43,430 nt of DNA from Octopus sinensis (GCF_006345805.1 NW_021835187.1:1-43430), one strand, 5' to 3'. Shown: positions 1-11,299, counted from the first letter of the stretch. Notes: generated from the sequence alone by a model not told the origin. Made by a program: numbers and translations.

Positions 1-497
1 ATATAACGTGGTAACATTGTGTTTTCTTAAGATTATTTAGATACACTCTGATATGGATATAAACAACTCAACATTTCTAAATTGGAGTTTTGGTCTTTCA
101 CACTTGGTAGCTGAGCATAATATGGAAAAAGAAGTTGAATAAACGAATATAAGTGAAAGACTAAAAAAAAAAATAAACAAAAACACAAAAACCAAAGCAA
201 AATCAGAGCAGTGAAAGAGGGCAGAAAAAATCTTGGAAATGAAGGTTGAATGTAGAAATAAATTTAGCGGTGATATGCAGTTCAAAAAAATTGATTAAAT
301 ATTATTATCGGGAAACTTAAGTGACGGGATCTCATCTATTCATTTTCTGCTTTTGTTCCCCCCGCCCCTTTTCCAAATATTACATGTTATGGAGTTAAAT
401 ATGCGTGTACATGAGTATATTATTTGTACGTATATTTGTAAATATGTATATATAAATGCGTATACATTACATGTTTCCAGCTATTTGTTTAGCTTTG

Positions 498-580
498 TTG
501 TTGTTGTTGTTGTTGTTGTTGTCCTTATTCTTCCTCCACCTCCTCTTCTTCGTCTTCTTCTTCTTCTTCTTCTTCTTTTT
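498..580. repeat. (GTT)n followed by (CCT/CTT)n microsatellites
   Basis: Direct triplet runs; they generate the poly-V/L/F ORFs in the track. Confidence 0.95.
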
Positions 581-730
581 CTCTCGTCCCCTTTATTTAG
601 TCTTTAATCTACTTTATGCTTTCCCTCAATTCAAGCAAAATGCACAATCTGACACACGAAAAACTGCAAGAGCGCACATTTGATGCAGGTCTCACGAAGT
701 GACACTCTGAAGTTTAAAAGTCCTATAACG

Positions 731-793
731 TCAATTTTCACTCTTCCACTTTTGTATGAACTTGCGTTGAAAGCAGAGTTTGTATTGAGACAA
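731..793 (-). CDS. Candidate terminal coding exon (LSQYKLCFQRKFIQKWKSEN*), product unknown
   Basis: On the minus strand, ttacag precedes 793 and the frame is open to TGA at 733-731. Its phase 0 start matches the end of the 1760-1907 candidate exon. The polypyrimidine tract is weak. Confidence 0.3.
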   Translation of the reverse strand: MSQYKLCFQRKFIQKWKSEN

Positions 794-844
794 CTGTAAC
801 TGATCATAACGATGTGTTAATCCCTGTCTCCTTATTCGGACTGT

Positions 845-862
845 ATATTATATATATATATA

Positions 863-911
<49 letters not shown>

Positions 912-930
912 TGTGGGTGTGTGTGTGTAG
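845..930. repeat. (TA)n(TG)n compound microsatellite
   Basis: Direct. Confidence 0.95.
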
Positions 931-1002
931 GGCGAGAATTCACGAAAAAACAAAAGACGAAGACAGATGGTGTAGAAAAAAAACAGATGTATTAGTATGT
1001 GT

Positions 1003-1035
<33 letters not shown>

Positions 1036-1494
1036 TAATATAAAAAAGAGTAAATAATTTCTTTAGTGGTTTTTAAAAAAACAACAATTATTTACTGGTA
1101 GATTTCGGCATGTAAATATAACCATTAACAGTAGGAACTTCTGTAAAGGTCAGTATATATATATTGTATATAAATAAAAGGGGCAGGCAACAGGTTGCTT
1201 GGCCGCATACCGAAAAATTAGAAATGGCAGTCATAGACTGTTTATTTCTATTTTCTACAAGTGGGACTCCATATACGACATATCCCTGTAATTCACATAT
1301 GCAAAACAGAAGAAATAAATAACGAAAACAAAGTCTAATGGTCATTTGCGAACATGTTTCTAGATTAGAAATATAATTTCATATCTTCATCAGCGCAACT
1401 CTCCATAAGAATAGATTTATCAAATGCTACCTACCTCATCCTTCTGCTTTATATAATATATATATATATATAGATATATATATATATATATATA

Positions 1495-1537
1495 CTTTTC
1501 TAGTTTCAGCTCAGAGCTGCGGCCATGCTGATGCACC

Positions 1538-1538
<1 letters not shown>
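1495..1538 (-). mobile_element. 3' tail fragment of a family-A-related SINE
   Basis: tctagtttcagctcagagctgcggccatgctg is the reverse complement of a variant of the family A tail cagcatggccgcag...tgaaac. The same variant occurs at 43385-43430. Confidence 0.75.
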
Positions 1539-1590
<52 letters not shown>

Positions 1591-1759
1591 ATTGAATTAG
1601 AAGTAGAGCAAGTGTTGCAAATATCGAACACATGCACAATGTATGTGCTTTGCTTGTTCGCCGGTCGGCTGCGATTTGACGCGATGGAGATGACTCTCTC
1701 AACGTGCCGGTTGATAAAAGACCTGAAAGACATAATCAGGGATAGGCGAAACAACTCAC

Positions 1760-1907
1760 CTCCAGTCCCATTGAGGAGAGATGGCCATCGATGATTCGCA
1801 ATTTTAGTGGCATATCAACATCACGTATCCTAACCGAACCAGAGACAAATTGAATAGCCTGTTCATGAGTATATGTAAAATGCTGTAAGAACCATCTGTT
1901 GCTATGC
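1760..1907 (-). CDS. Candidate internal coding exon (HSNRWFLQHFTYTHEQAIQFVSGSVRIRDVDMPLKLRIIDGHLSSMGLE), product unknown
   Basis: Strong donor GAG|GTGAGT at 1760/1759 and a 49-codon open frame with protein-like composition. Possible acceptors lie at 1907 (ttcag, phase 2), 1882 (ttacag, phase 0) or 1858. Confidence 0.5.
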
Positions 1908-2284
1908 CTGAACGATGCATATTTCGGAATAAATTCAAGTGTTAATTAGAAGCGGGCTGGGTGTTGTAACAATTGTCAAACACAGACACACATACACACA
2001 TACAAGCACACACAAACACACAGACACAGACGTACATACAAATATATATTAATCTGATGGGTTACTCCATACTTTTGTAGAGAACAAATTTATTATTCTT
2101 TAATAACAAGTAGTATTGACAGTGAGTTTAAAGCGAGTTAAGCCATCATCAGACAACCTAATTATGGCATACCTGGCCGAGACTTTGATAACAAATACAT
2201 GCATACATACGTAAATATAAAAACATACACAAACATATGTACACACGCACTCAAATATATGCAAATTCTTATATATAAACAGCA

Positions 2285-2443
2285 CACATACATGCATATA
2301 TATATAATATATAATATATATATATATATAGATATTTATATATAGTATATATAGTATATATATATATGTATATATATATATGTATAATTATATATATATA
2401 TATAATATATATATATATATGTATATATATATATGTATATATA

Positions 2444-2537
<94 letters not shown>

Positions 2538-2545
2538 TATATTTG
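2285..2545. repeat. Long imperfect (TA)n array
   Basis: Direct. Confidence 0.95.
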
Positions 2546-2549
2546 TGCG

Positions 2550-2712
2550 TAGGCGTGGCTGTATGGTAAGAAGCTGGCTTTGTAACAACATGGTTTCAAG
2601 TTCAGACCCACTGTGTGGCACCTTGGGGGCAAGTGCCTACTACCTTAGCCTCGAACCAACCAAAACCTTGTGAGTGGATTTGGTTGACAGAAACTGAAAG
2701 AATTCCGTCGTA
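2550..2712 (+). mobile_element. SINE family A, diverged 5' half (tRNA-like head plus CORE-like domain)
   Basis: A-box-like tggctgtatggt, B-box-like agttcagaccc, then ccttgggggcaagtg...gtgagtggatttgg...gaaactgaaagaa, matching the other family A copies. Confidence 0.85.
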
Positions 2713-2794
2713 CATATATATATGTACATATATGTGTGTGTGTTTATGTGCGTTTGTGTGTTTGTGTGTGCGTGTGTGTGTGTGTGTGTGACCG

Positions 2795-2990
2795 CCTGTG
2801 TATCGTTGGCTATTTTCATTCTCCGTCTTCCTTTCCTTGGCCCTTTCCTTTTTCCTTTTCTGAGGAAGAGCTCCGCTAGAAACGTTAAATCCTCCTTCTT
2901 TCTTTCCTTTCCTGTGCGTCCAATAACACTATACTTGTTCCATGTCCTCGCGTTGTTGTGTTTTCCCTTTGTTCACGTTTGGATTAACTA
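2795..2990 (+). mobile_element. Penelope-like element (PLE) terminal-repeat fragment
   Basis: Shares gaagagctccgct-gaaacgttaaa-cctccttc...cctg-gcgtc-aata with 23740-23880 and carries a hammerhead-like core typical of PLE pseudo-LTRs. Confidence 0.65.
2857..2889 (+). ncRNA. Minimal type I hammerhead ribozyme motif, copy 1 (stem II closing pair mutated)
   Basis: TTT-CTGAGGA(2860-2866)-A-GAGC-TCC-GCTA-GAA-ACGT-T^AAA. The CUGANGA and GAAA core are intact, stem III is the palindrome ACGT, and stem I is TTT/AAA. Confidence 0.65.
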
Positions 2991-3051
2991 TGTATACACA
3001 TGTGTATGTATATACATGTATATATATATATATGTGTGTGTGTGTATATAT

Positions 3052-3457
3052 GAGTGGTTGTGTGGTAAGTAGCTTGCTAACCAACCACATGGTTCCGGGT
3101 TCAGTCCCACTGCGTGGCATCTTGGGCAAGTGTCTTCTGCTATAGCCCCGGGCCGACCAATGCCTTGTGAGTGGATTTGGTAGACAGAAACTGAAAGAAG
3201 CCGGTCGTATATATGTATATATATATATATATATGTATGCGTGTGTGTGTGTGTGTTTGTGTGTCTGTGCTTGTCCCCCAACATCGATTGACAACCGATG
3301 CTGGTGTGTTTACGTCCCCGTAACTTAGCGGTTCGGCAAAAGAGACCGATAGAATAAGTAATGGGCTTACAAAGAATAAGTCCCGGGGACGATTTGCTCG
3401 ACTATAGACGGTGCTCCAGCATGGCCGCAGTCAAATGACTGAAACAAGTAAAAGAGT
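3052..3457 (+). mobile_element. SINE family A, near full length with internal (TA)n(TG)n
   Basis: tRNA-like head, CORE-like cttgggcaagtgtcttct, internal microsatellite, 3' module and gtaaaaga tail. Confidence 0.93.
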
Positions 3458-3460
3458 ATA

Positions 3461-3503
<43 letters not shown>

Positions 3504-3854
3504 CGTATGGGAGAGAGAGAGAGAGAGAGAGAGGGGGGAAGAAAAAGCGATACATCCATATTATCATATAAAATAGATGGAATATGAAGTCTTCTTAAGT
3601 AAATCTGGCATGAAGGTTGTTTCCTGATCTAAAATAAACTCTATAGAAAAGAGGAAATCTTTGTGACAGATTCCCCTTTTTATATTCCTGTTACTTACTA
3701 TTCTAATTTAAAATACGCGTTCAATTTCTCGCTGTGACCTCGTCATTTTGTAACAATTATGATTCTACAACACTTAAATGACAGATGTTAATAGTCAGAA
3801 TATTAAATAACACGCACGCACATAAATATATATATATAAATATATACATGCATG

Positions 3855-3893
<39 letters not shown>

Positions 3894-4281
3894 GCACATA
3901 CACACACACACACGCACATTATTCTTTACTGAAGACGAACGGAAGAATATTCAACAGCAACGGGTCGATTGTCGACAATTCAACAGGATATTGCGGTAGA
4001 CTCACTCTACCAGCAAAAGCGCAAGGCTTTGAGTGGGACGCTGTTTTTTTAATACACGCATAAATAGATACATACATGTATGTATGTATGTATGTATGTA
4101 TGTATGTATGTATGTATGTATGTATATATATATAATATATATATATATAGTAAAAATATATGCATGTATGGATTACACATATGTATGTTTGTGTATATGT
4201 ATAATCTTTCATTTGATTTAGTCATTAGACTGCGGCCGTATATATAGAAATAGAAATATATGTATGTATGTATGTATTTAT

Positions 4282-4320
<39 letters not shown>

Positions 4321-4329
<9 letters not shown>

Positions 4330-4533
4330 ATCACGTGACCGACCAGTCCCTCAGATGTAGTTACACATCGCTGGTCACAATGTGTTCGCATTGTTTCAGC
4401 CTTCGAAAGACACCACCCCTGCTGGAGCTCGTGGAGCTTTTAGGTGTTTTCGCTCAATAAACACTCACAACGCCCGGTCTGGGAATCGAAACCGCGATCC
4501 TACGACCGCGAGTCAGCTGCCCTAACCTACTGG
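4321..4533 (-). mobile_element. SINE family C (tRNA-like head, probably Arg-derived), tail type 1
   Basis: Reverse complement of ccagtaggttagggcagctgactcgcggtcgtaggatcgcggtttcgattcccagaccgggcg...gagcgaaaacacctaaaagctccacg; its 3' end (...tcacgtgatcacgtga) abuts (TA)n. Confidence 0.88.
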
Positions 4534-5311
4534 ACATATATATATATATATATGTATATGCGACAAATTTCCACAACATTTCAGCCTACCGATTTCGCCC
4601 AGCAAGACGTTTGTCAACGCAAGACTATAATAGAAGTCATATGCCCAATGCGCCGCGCAATGGATCAGAGGTTGGAATCATAAACTTCTTAAGCACATAG
4701 AGATGAGACATTGAATAAAAGCAATGGAAATGCAAGAGAGAGAGGGTGGGAGAAAGAGTGGGAAGGAGAGAAAGAAATCAATAGGATAGAAAGGCAAAAA
4801 TAAGATAGAGACAAAAATGAGGAGAGATTCGATGAGACTGGAAATGATATCTTCCATTCATTTTTTCAATTAACGAAAACTGCCAACATTGAGCAAAATT
4901 TTTTTCCAAGGATGGCCTCTTTTTATTGTTGAATTAAAGAACTTTCGTATCTTGACATATACATCTATGTTTACAGGTCGTCACAAAATGTTATATGTAT
5001 ACGTGATATATATATATATATATATATTAAATCTGAAATATCTGTTTTCTTATCAACGTCTGTCAGATTTGATAGCGATTTAGCCATCATTCATGTCTAT
5101 ATAAGTTTCTATATTTGTATTCTTAAATTTAATCGTGAAGTTATTCATCACCACCAAAGTAAAAGAGAAACTTGCCATACATTACATACGTACAAAAAGA
5201 CAGAAACCTATGCGCACACATGCAGCAGCGGACAAATACACACTCACACACACACACTAAAATTCTTGAATCACATATCAAGGAGTCCTCAGAAATTTCG
5301 TATTCATGAAT

Positions 5312-5684
5312 AGGCGCAGGAGTGGCTATATGGTAAGTAGCTTGCTTACCAACCACATGGTTCCGGGTTCAGTCCCACTGCGTGGCACTTTGGGCAAGTG
5401 TCTTCTACTATAGCCTCGGGCCGACCAAAGCCTTGTGAGTGGATTTAGTAGACGGAAACTGAAAGAAGCCCGTCGTATATATGTATATGTGTGTGTGTTT
5501 GTGTGTCTGTGTTTGTCCCCCAACATCGCTTGACAACCGATGCTGGTGTGTTTACGTCCCCGTAACTTAGAGACCGATAGAACAAGTACTAGGCTTCCAA
5601 AGAATAAGTCCTGGGGTCGATTTACTCGACTAAAGGCGGTGCTCCAGCATGACCTCAGTCAAATGACTGAAACAAGTAAAAGAG
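5312..5684 (+). mobile_element. SINE family A, full length (small internal deletion)
   Basis: Starts aggcgcaggagtggct and ends gactgaaacaagtaaaagag. Confidence 0.93.
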
Positions 5685-5733
5685 GTGTAGGTATCTGTAT
5701 GAGTGTGTGCGTGTCTCATTTTCTCTATGTCTG

Positions 5734-5781
<48 letters not shown>

Positions 5782-6412
5782 AGGGTTCTACCAAAGATTA
5801 TGCAAAAGTAGGCATGACGTATTTATTAAGGGATATTTGTCTTTCGCAATGGACATGCTCTTAAATTAACTCTTCTTGCTTATGAAGGTTAAACCCAACC
5901 TCATCTCCATCACAAGCAATTCTTTTGCACCCACGTTGCATTCCATTCATGAATCTCCTTTGAAACAATTTAGGTATACCATATTGTATCCTGTTCTTCA
6001 AAGCCACTTTTACCTCGTCTGCATCATCAACTTCGTTGTTCCCGATATTAGTTACATATCTTTTTTATCACATTTCATATCACGCATAGCGTACGTGTTA
6101 CACATATAAACTATATATCACATACATCATGCATGCATCACGCGCATATCTCATACTTATCATATATTACATATATCACACATATATCGCGCATATCACA
6201 CGGACATTGTAAGCGACATATATAGATCATATCTCACACATACCATACAAGCAATCTTGAAAGATGGAGAACGCATTGGGCAATATAGCTCCAGCTAGAC
6301 GATATCGGAAAAAATAAAATGAGAAAAGTATGACGGGAAGCTTGTCTAGAAAATGCCGTCGATCATCGATCTCCTTGATCAGGGAAGATTTGTGGTTAAA
6401 TAACTACTACTA

Positions 6413-6430
6413 CTGCTTCTGCTGCTGCTG

Positions 6431-6479
<49 letters not shown>

Positions 6480-6484
6480 CACTA

Positions 6485-6528
<44 letters not shown>

Positions 6529-6586
6529 ACTAACTACTACACTACTACTACTACTACTACTACCACTACTACTGCTGCTGCTGCTG

Positions 6587-6640
<54 letters not shown>
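6413..6640. repeat. (CTA)n/(CTG)n interleaved triplet array
   Basis: Direct; source of the poly-Y/C ORF. Confidence 0.95.
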
Positions 6641-6643
<3 letters not shown>

Positions 6644-6852
6644 TTTGTATTGAATTACTACTAATGCAGATGCTAAAACCGTCACCAATACTACAACAGT
6701 GTCATTATCCTCACCACCTCAACCACAACTAATACCACAAAATATTCCATTATCATCAAAATCCGCTTTTTTTCTATTTTACCTTTTAGTCAGGAGAAAA
6801 GACAGTACCAATGATGCTTTATAGCGCTTCCAAGCTAGTTGGAAATCATACC

Positions 6853-7067
6853 TTTTCTACTCTAGACACAAGGCCCGAAATTTTAGGGGAGGGGGCAATC
6901 GATTAGATCGGCTCCAGTAGGCAACTGGTAATTAATTTATTGACCCCGAAAGGATGAAAGGCAAAGTTGACCTCGGCGGAATTTGAACTCACAACGTAAC
7001 GGCAGACGAAATACCGCTAAGCATTTCGCCCGGCGTCCTAACGTTTCTGCCAGCTCACCGCCTTTGG
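6853..7067 (-). mobile_element. SINE family B, full length, tail type 1, 13-bp TSD
   Basis: Head is the reverse complement of aggcggtgagctggcagaaacgttagg...gagttcaaattccgccgagg. TSD tggaaatcatacc lies at 6840-6852 and 7068-7080. Confidence 0.93.
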
Positions 7068-7410
7068 TGGAAATCATACCACGAGAAATCCAGTTTCACG
7101 TTGTTAAAAATATAAAAATGTAAAAAATAGTTGCACCTATTTTTCTCCTTGGGTTAGTACTTTCTTTATTGCACCTGAGAAGATGAAATGCGAAGTTAAA
7201 CTCGGCAGGGATTGAACTTAGATTGCAGGCATCCGGAACAAATAGGTCAATAACGGATACCACTATCATGATACAACACCTGAATTGAAACTACTACACA
7301 TGCTAACATCAACCTAGTTTTACTGAACCAATGAACTGCTACAAAACTCGTGATGTAAAGGATTATAAAAACAACAACAGCAATAACAAGAACAACAATA
7401 GCAACAACAA

Positions 7411-7811
7411 GTAAGTAGCTTGCTAACCAACATGGTTCAGGGTTCAGTCCCACTGCGTGGCATCTTGGGCGAGTGTCTTCTGCTATAGCCCCGAGCCGAC
7501 CAATGCCTTGTGAGTGGATTTGGTAGACGGAAACTGAAAGAAGTCTGTCGTATATATGTATATATATAGATATATATATATGTGTATGTGTTTGTGTGTC
7601 TGTGTTTGTCCCCCTAGCATTGCTTGACCACCGATGCTGGTGTGTTTATGTCCCCGACACTTAGCGGTTCGGCAAAAGAGACCGATAGAATAAGTAATGG
7701 GCTTACAAAGAATAAGTCCCGGGGTCGATTTGCTCGACTAAAAAGGCGTTGTTCCAGCATGGCCGCAGTCAAATGACTGAAACAAGTAAAAGAGTAAAAG
7801 AGTAAAAGAGT
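7411..7811 (+). mobile_element. SINE family A, slightly 5'-truncated
   Basis: Same body as the other copies, with a (gtaaaaga)3 tail. Confidence 0.93.
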
Positions 7812-7859
7812 ATTATTTTTATCATTTCGTCCATAAACATGAACAGCGCCACAGAATCT

Positions 7860-8745
7860 CAACCGCCACCTCCAATACGAGCACCATTAGCGCCATCATT
7901 ACCACCATCATCATCATCACCACACCTATCGCCTTTGCCATAACTATTGCCGCCATCTCCACCACCATCACCACCACCACCACCACCACCACCACCACAA
8001 TCAACATCTACAACTTCACCGCCATCGCCAACATCACCTCTGTCATTATCACCACTGCCACCATCAGCAACACAAATTCAATTATTACTTCAGCCCCACC
8101 CCACTTACTTTCACTTTCGCTACCGTCGTTACCGACGACGTCATCACCACTACTATCATCAAGTATACATATACAACGTCCACCTTCATCGCCACCACAA
8201 CTATTACTTTTAGTACCATGAACAAACGACCCCCCCCCACAACCGCCATAACTATTATCGTCGACCACCGCAACCACTGCCAGTGGCAGCATCAGCAGCA
8301 GCAGCAGCAACACAGCCCACCGTGCCCAACCACTATTACCTGCTCCACCACCACTACCACATCAGTATTACTACCAGTACTCCTACCACGACCACCAAAA
8401 CCACGACGACGACCACCGCCGCCACCGCCGCCGCCGCAACCACCACCACCATAACCACCACCACCACCACCACCCACCTAACCACCACCACCACTCCCAC
8501 CACAAACCACCAAAACAACCACCACCACCACCACCAACCCACCACCAACCACCACCAAAACCACCATCACCACCACCACCACCACCACCACCACAACCAC
8601 ACCACCAAACAAACCACCCCCACCCCCACCACTACTACCCACCACTACCACACCACTATTACCACCCACCACCACCACCACCAAAACAACCACCACCTCT
8701 TCTGTTGCCACTGCTACAAACAACAACATTCTCACCGTTAGCATT
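7860..8745. repeat. Cryptic triplet low-complexity block (CAC/CAT/CAG/CAA/CCG)
   Basis: Degenerate CAN/CCA triplets; poly-T/H/P/V/G ORFs appear in several frames on both strands. Confidence 0.9.
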
Positions 8746-9377
8746 GCTCATGATGCAAGTAAATAAGAAGCTGATTTTTTTTTTTTTTTTTGTTCTTTTT
8801 GTTCCTTTGTATTGTTTATTCTCTTCTGTTTATTCTCTTATTTGTTTTTGATTTTCATTGCTCCCATGACGTCTTGCTTATGTGTCACGTTCTTCTCACT
8901 AACCACTTATTGGTCACTGGAATTGGTCAGCGTCCATATAACAGCACGGCTTATAGCGGTCGTTTTCATTAACGAGCGCACGTACTAAGCAGTTCAGCCA
9001 AAATAGCCTCAGATGTCTGATGACCCTTACATATGAACGGAATGCATTGCCAAACATTTTGCTATAAGTCCCACCCAGGGGTTTATCGTTTCCAACAGAG
9101 TGTCTTATGCTCAGCAATTTCTATTGGCTCTCATCCAACTATTCTATCAAACTGATTAATAATGACAGAACTATCAAACTAGCTGAAATGCATTTGGGCT
9201 TTCAAGGAAACTCTTCTCTGGCAACATTGTAGTCTAATGTTAATTTTGTTTTTCTCAGTTTTTAGTTCTTGCTTGACTACAAAACAATCGGAGAAACCTG
9301 GACTTACACGATAATAAACTAGTCAAGAAATTCCAAATCGTCTTTTAAAATCTATTGATTTTTCTTCACAAAAAACA

Positions 9378-9590
9378 GTGGCTGGGTGAGGTGGCGGAAT
9401 CATCTGCGCGTCGAACAAAATACTTATAGGTATTTCTTCAGGATCTTTACGTTCTGAGTTCAAAAAAACCTGCCGTGGTGGATTTTTGCCTTTGCCTTTC
9501 ATCATTTCAGGGTCGATAAAATTAAGTGCCAATCAAGTACTGGGGTCGACGAAATCGATTAGCTCTCGCCTCCCCGCACTGGACTTGATC
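9378..9590 (+). mobile_element. SINE family B, old diverged copy
   Basis: ctttacgttctgagttcaaa...gcctttcatcatttcagggtcgataaaattaagtgcc...actggggtcgacgaaatcgatta. Confidence 0.8.
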
Positions 9591-9943
9591 TCTCTTCTCA
9601 AAGGTGCTGTTCTTGAGTCAAATTTACAAAGCTATATATACGATGCGAATCGGCAGAATCGCGAGAGCATCAGATGGAATGAATAAAACTATTTGTTCTG
9701 ATACACTACGCTCTTGGTTTAAAAAGAAACAAAGAAATCAACCTGGCTATTCATCTTTTATGTGGTCGATAAAAAAGATGTCAATCCAGACTAGTGGATT
9801 CATGGTATTGCTAGAACGAGATGCTTTGCTGTATTCGTTCCGACTCTTTGCATTCTGAGTTCCAATATCCACATAGTTTACTTTGGTGACAGACTTACTC
9901 TGTCTCCCTACCGGACATATTCGGTTCTTTTGGTGGGTCTTAC

Positions 9944-10039
9944 TCTGTAGCTATCATTTTGGGCAAGCCTACGGCTTGAGAATATCCCCCTTCATGCAAT
10001 TCTCCGAGGCTCTGTGAAGAAGCATTCACACTATCTGTC
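9944..10039 (-). CDS. Candidate 96-nt symmetric phase-2 exon (TDSVNASSQSLGELHEGGYSQAVGLPKMIAT), product unknown
   Basis: Acceptor atttttaaatcttatgttcag|G at 10039 and donor GA|GTAAGA at 9944/9943. Length is divisible by 3 and only one of the three frames is open. Confidence 0.5.
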
Positions 10040-10283
10040 CTGAACATAAGATTTAAAAATATGTAGGAAGGGACACGTTTATATCTTTTCGCAAATACAT
10101 TAAGACGTTTACTTAATTTACTTAATTTAGCTTAGTCGTAATATATTCATCACTTGTTAAGGTTATCTCAACAGATATTTTTTAGAAATTATAGCCAACA
10201 CTGAGTTTTGTATCCAAAATCTGTGCTAACTCAGCGGGATACGGTATTGACATATACAATCGTGTAATATACTTTATAGGATA

Positions 10284-10638
10284 CTAGCAGTATCGCCCGG
10301 TGATGCTCGGGTTTGTTTCGATCCTTTAGAATTGGAATTTTGGAAAAGTAAAAATTTTGCATTATGTAGCTTGTTATTCTCTTTAAGTAAACATTTTTCT
10401 GGTTGAAATACACCAAAAAATAGTGATACACCAGTCAAAAAATCGTAAAACATAAGGATTTTCATAGAAAAAGAGCACCATTTTTTATGTAAATGATTTT
10501 TGGTGTTAACATGGTCCGATTTGAATTTTATCTTCTACAGAATGAAGAGCAAGTCTTCTTCTATCATACTGTCCATTTTGGTCAACTTGCGCTTACAAAC
10601 CTGCCACACACAGACAACTTCAGCCTTATATATATAAA
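10284..10638 (-). mobile_element. Probable non-autonomous Helitron
   Basis: The minus strand ends CTAG|T with a GC hairpin (plus-strand cccggtgatgctcggg, 10296-10311) about 10 nt from the end. The other end reads ttatatatataaat, a degenerate form of the A|TC-TATATA start. Confidence 0.55.
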
Positions 10639-10753
10639 TTATAGTTACATAATGAAATACCGCGTTCCTACAAGTTATTAATGTATCCAATGTATGTAAC
10701 ATTAACATATTCACTTCTACTTAGCTGCTTATACTGTATGGATTAAATATTGT

Positions 10754-10955
10754 CTTTTACTCTCTTTTACTTGTTTCAGTCATGTGACTGTGGCCATGCT
10801 GGAGCACCGCCTTTAGTCGAGCAAATCGATCCCAAGACTTATTCTTTGTATGCCTAGTACTTATTCTATCGGTCTCTTTTGCCGAACCGCTAAGTTACGG
10901 GGACGTAAACACACCAGCATCGGTTGTCAAGCGATGTTGAGGGGGGGGCACAAAC

Positions 10956-10990
<35 letters not shown>

Positions 10991-11140
10991 CGACGGGCTT
11001 CTTTCAGTTTCCGTCTACTGAATCCATTTGGTCAGCCCGAGGCTATAGTAGAAGACACTTGCCCAAGGTGCCACGCAATAGGACTGTACCCGGAACCATG
11101 TAGTTCGTAAGCAGGCTACTTACCACACACCCACTGCTAC
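10754..11140 (-). mobile_element. SINE family A, full length, reverse orientation
   Basis: Reverse complement of the family A body and tail. Confidence 0.92.
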
Positions 11141-11299
11141 GTTAGTATGTTAATATTATTTTTAATATTTAATGTACCGGTTTTCAAATGTTCCACCTCA
11201 AAAGGTAAGTGAGCCGTAATTTAGACATAGATCAGTCATGAGCCTTAAAACTCATGTTTTCCATGACGTATGAGTTACTCAGATTATAACATTCTCCTG

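Noticed and set aside
2336-2673. YIYI/CVCV/THTH/LSIY ORFs here and throughout the track
   Set aside because: They are translations of (TA)n, (TG)n, (CA)n and (TATC)n arrays and stay open only because these repeats lack stops.
2929-3294. Recurring peptides PRCHAVGLNPEPC / NHMVPGSVPLRG / WSARGYSRRHLPK in many ORFs
   Set aside because: They are reading frames of SINE family A, not a paralogous gene family.
3920-4060. Protein-like frames on both strands and a ggtaga-ctcac-tctacc hairpin
   Set aside because: No convincing splice pair or recognisable motif; a 6-bp hairpin is expected by chance.
7860-8745. 152-aa Thr/His-rich mucin-like ORF and poly-Pro/Gly ORFs
   Set aside because: Cryptic triplet repeat open in several frames on both strands, with no splice signals or unique domain.
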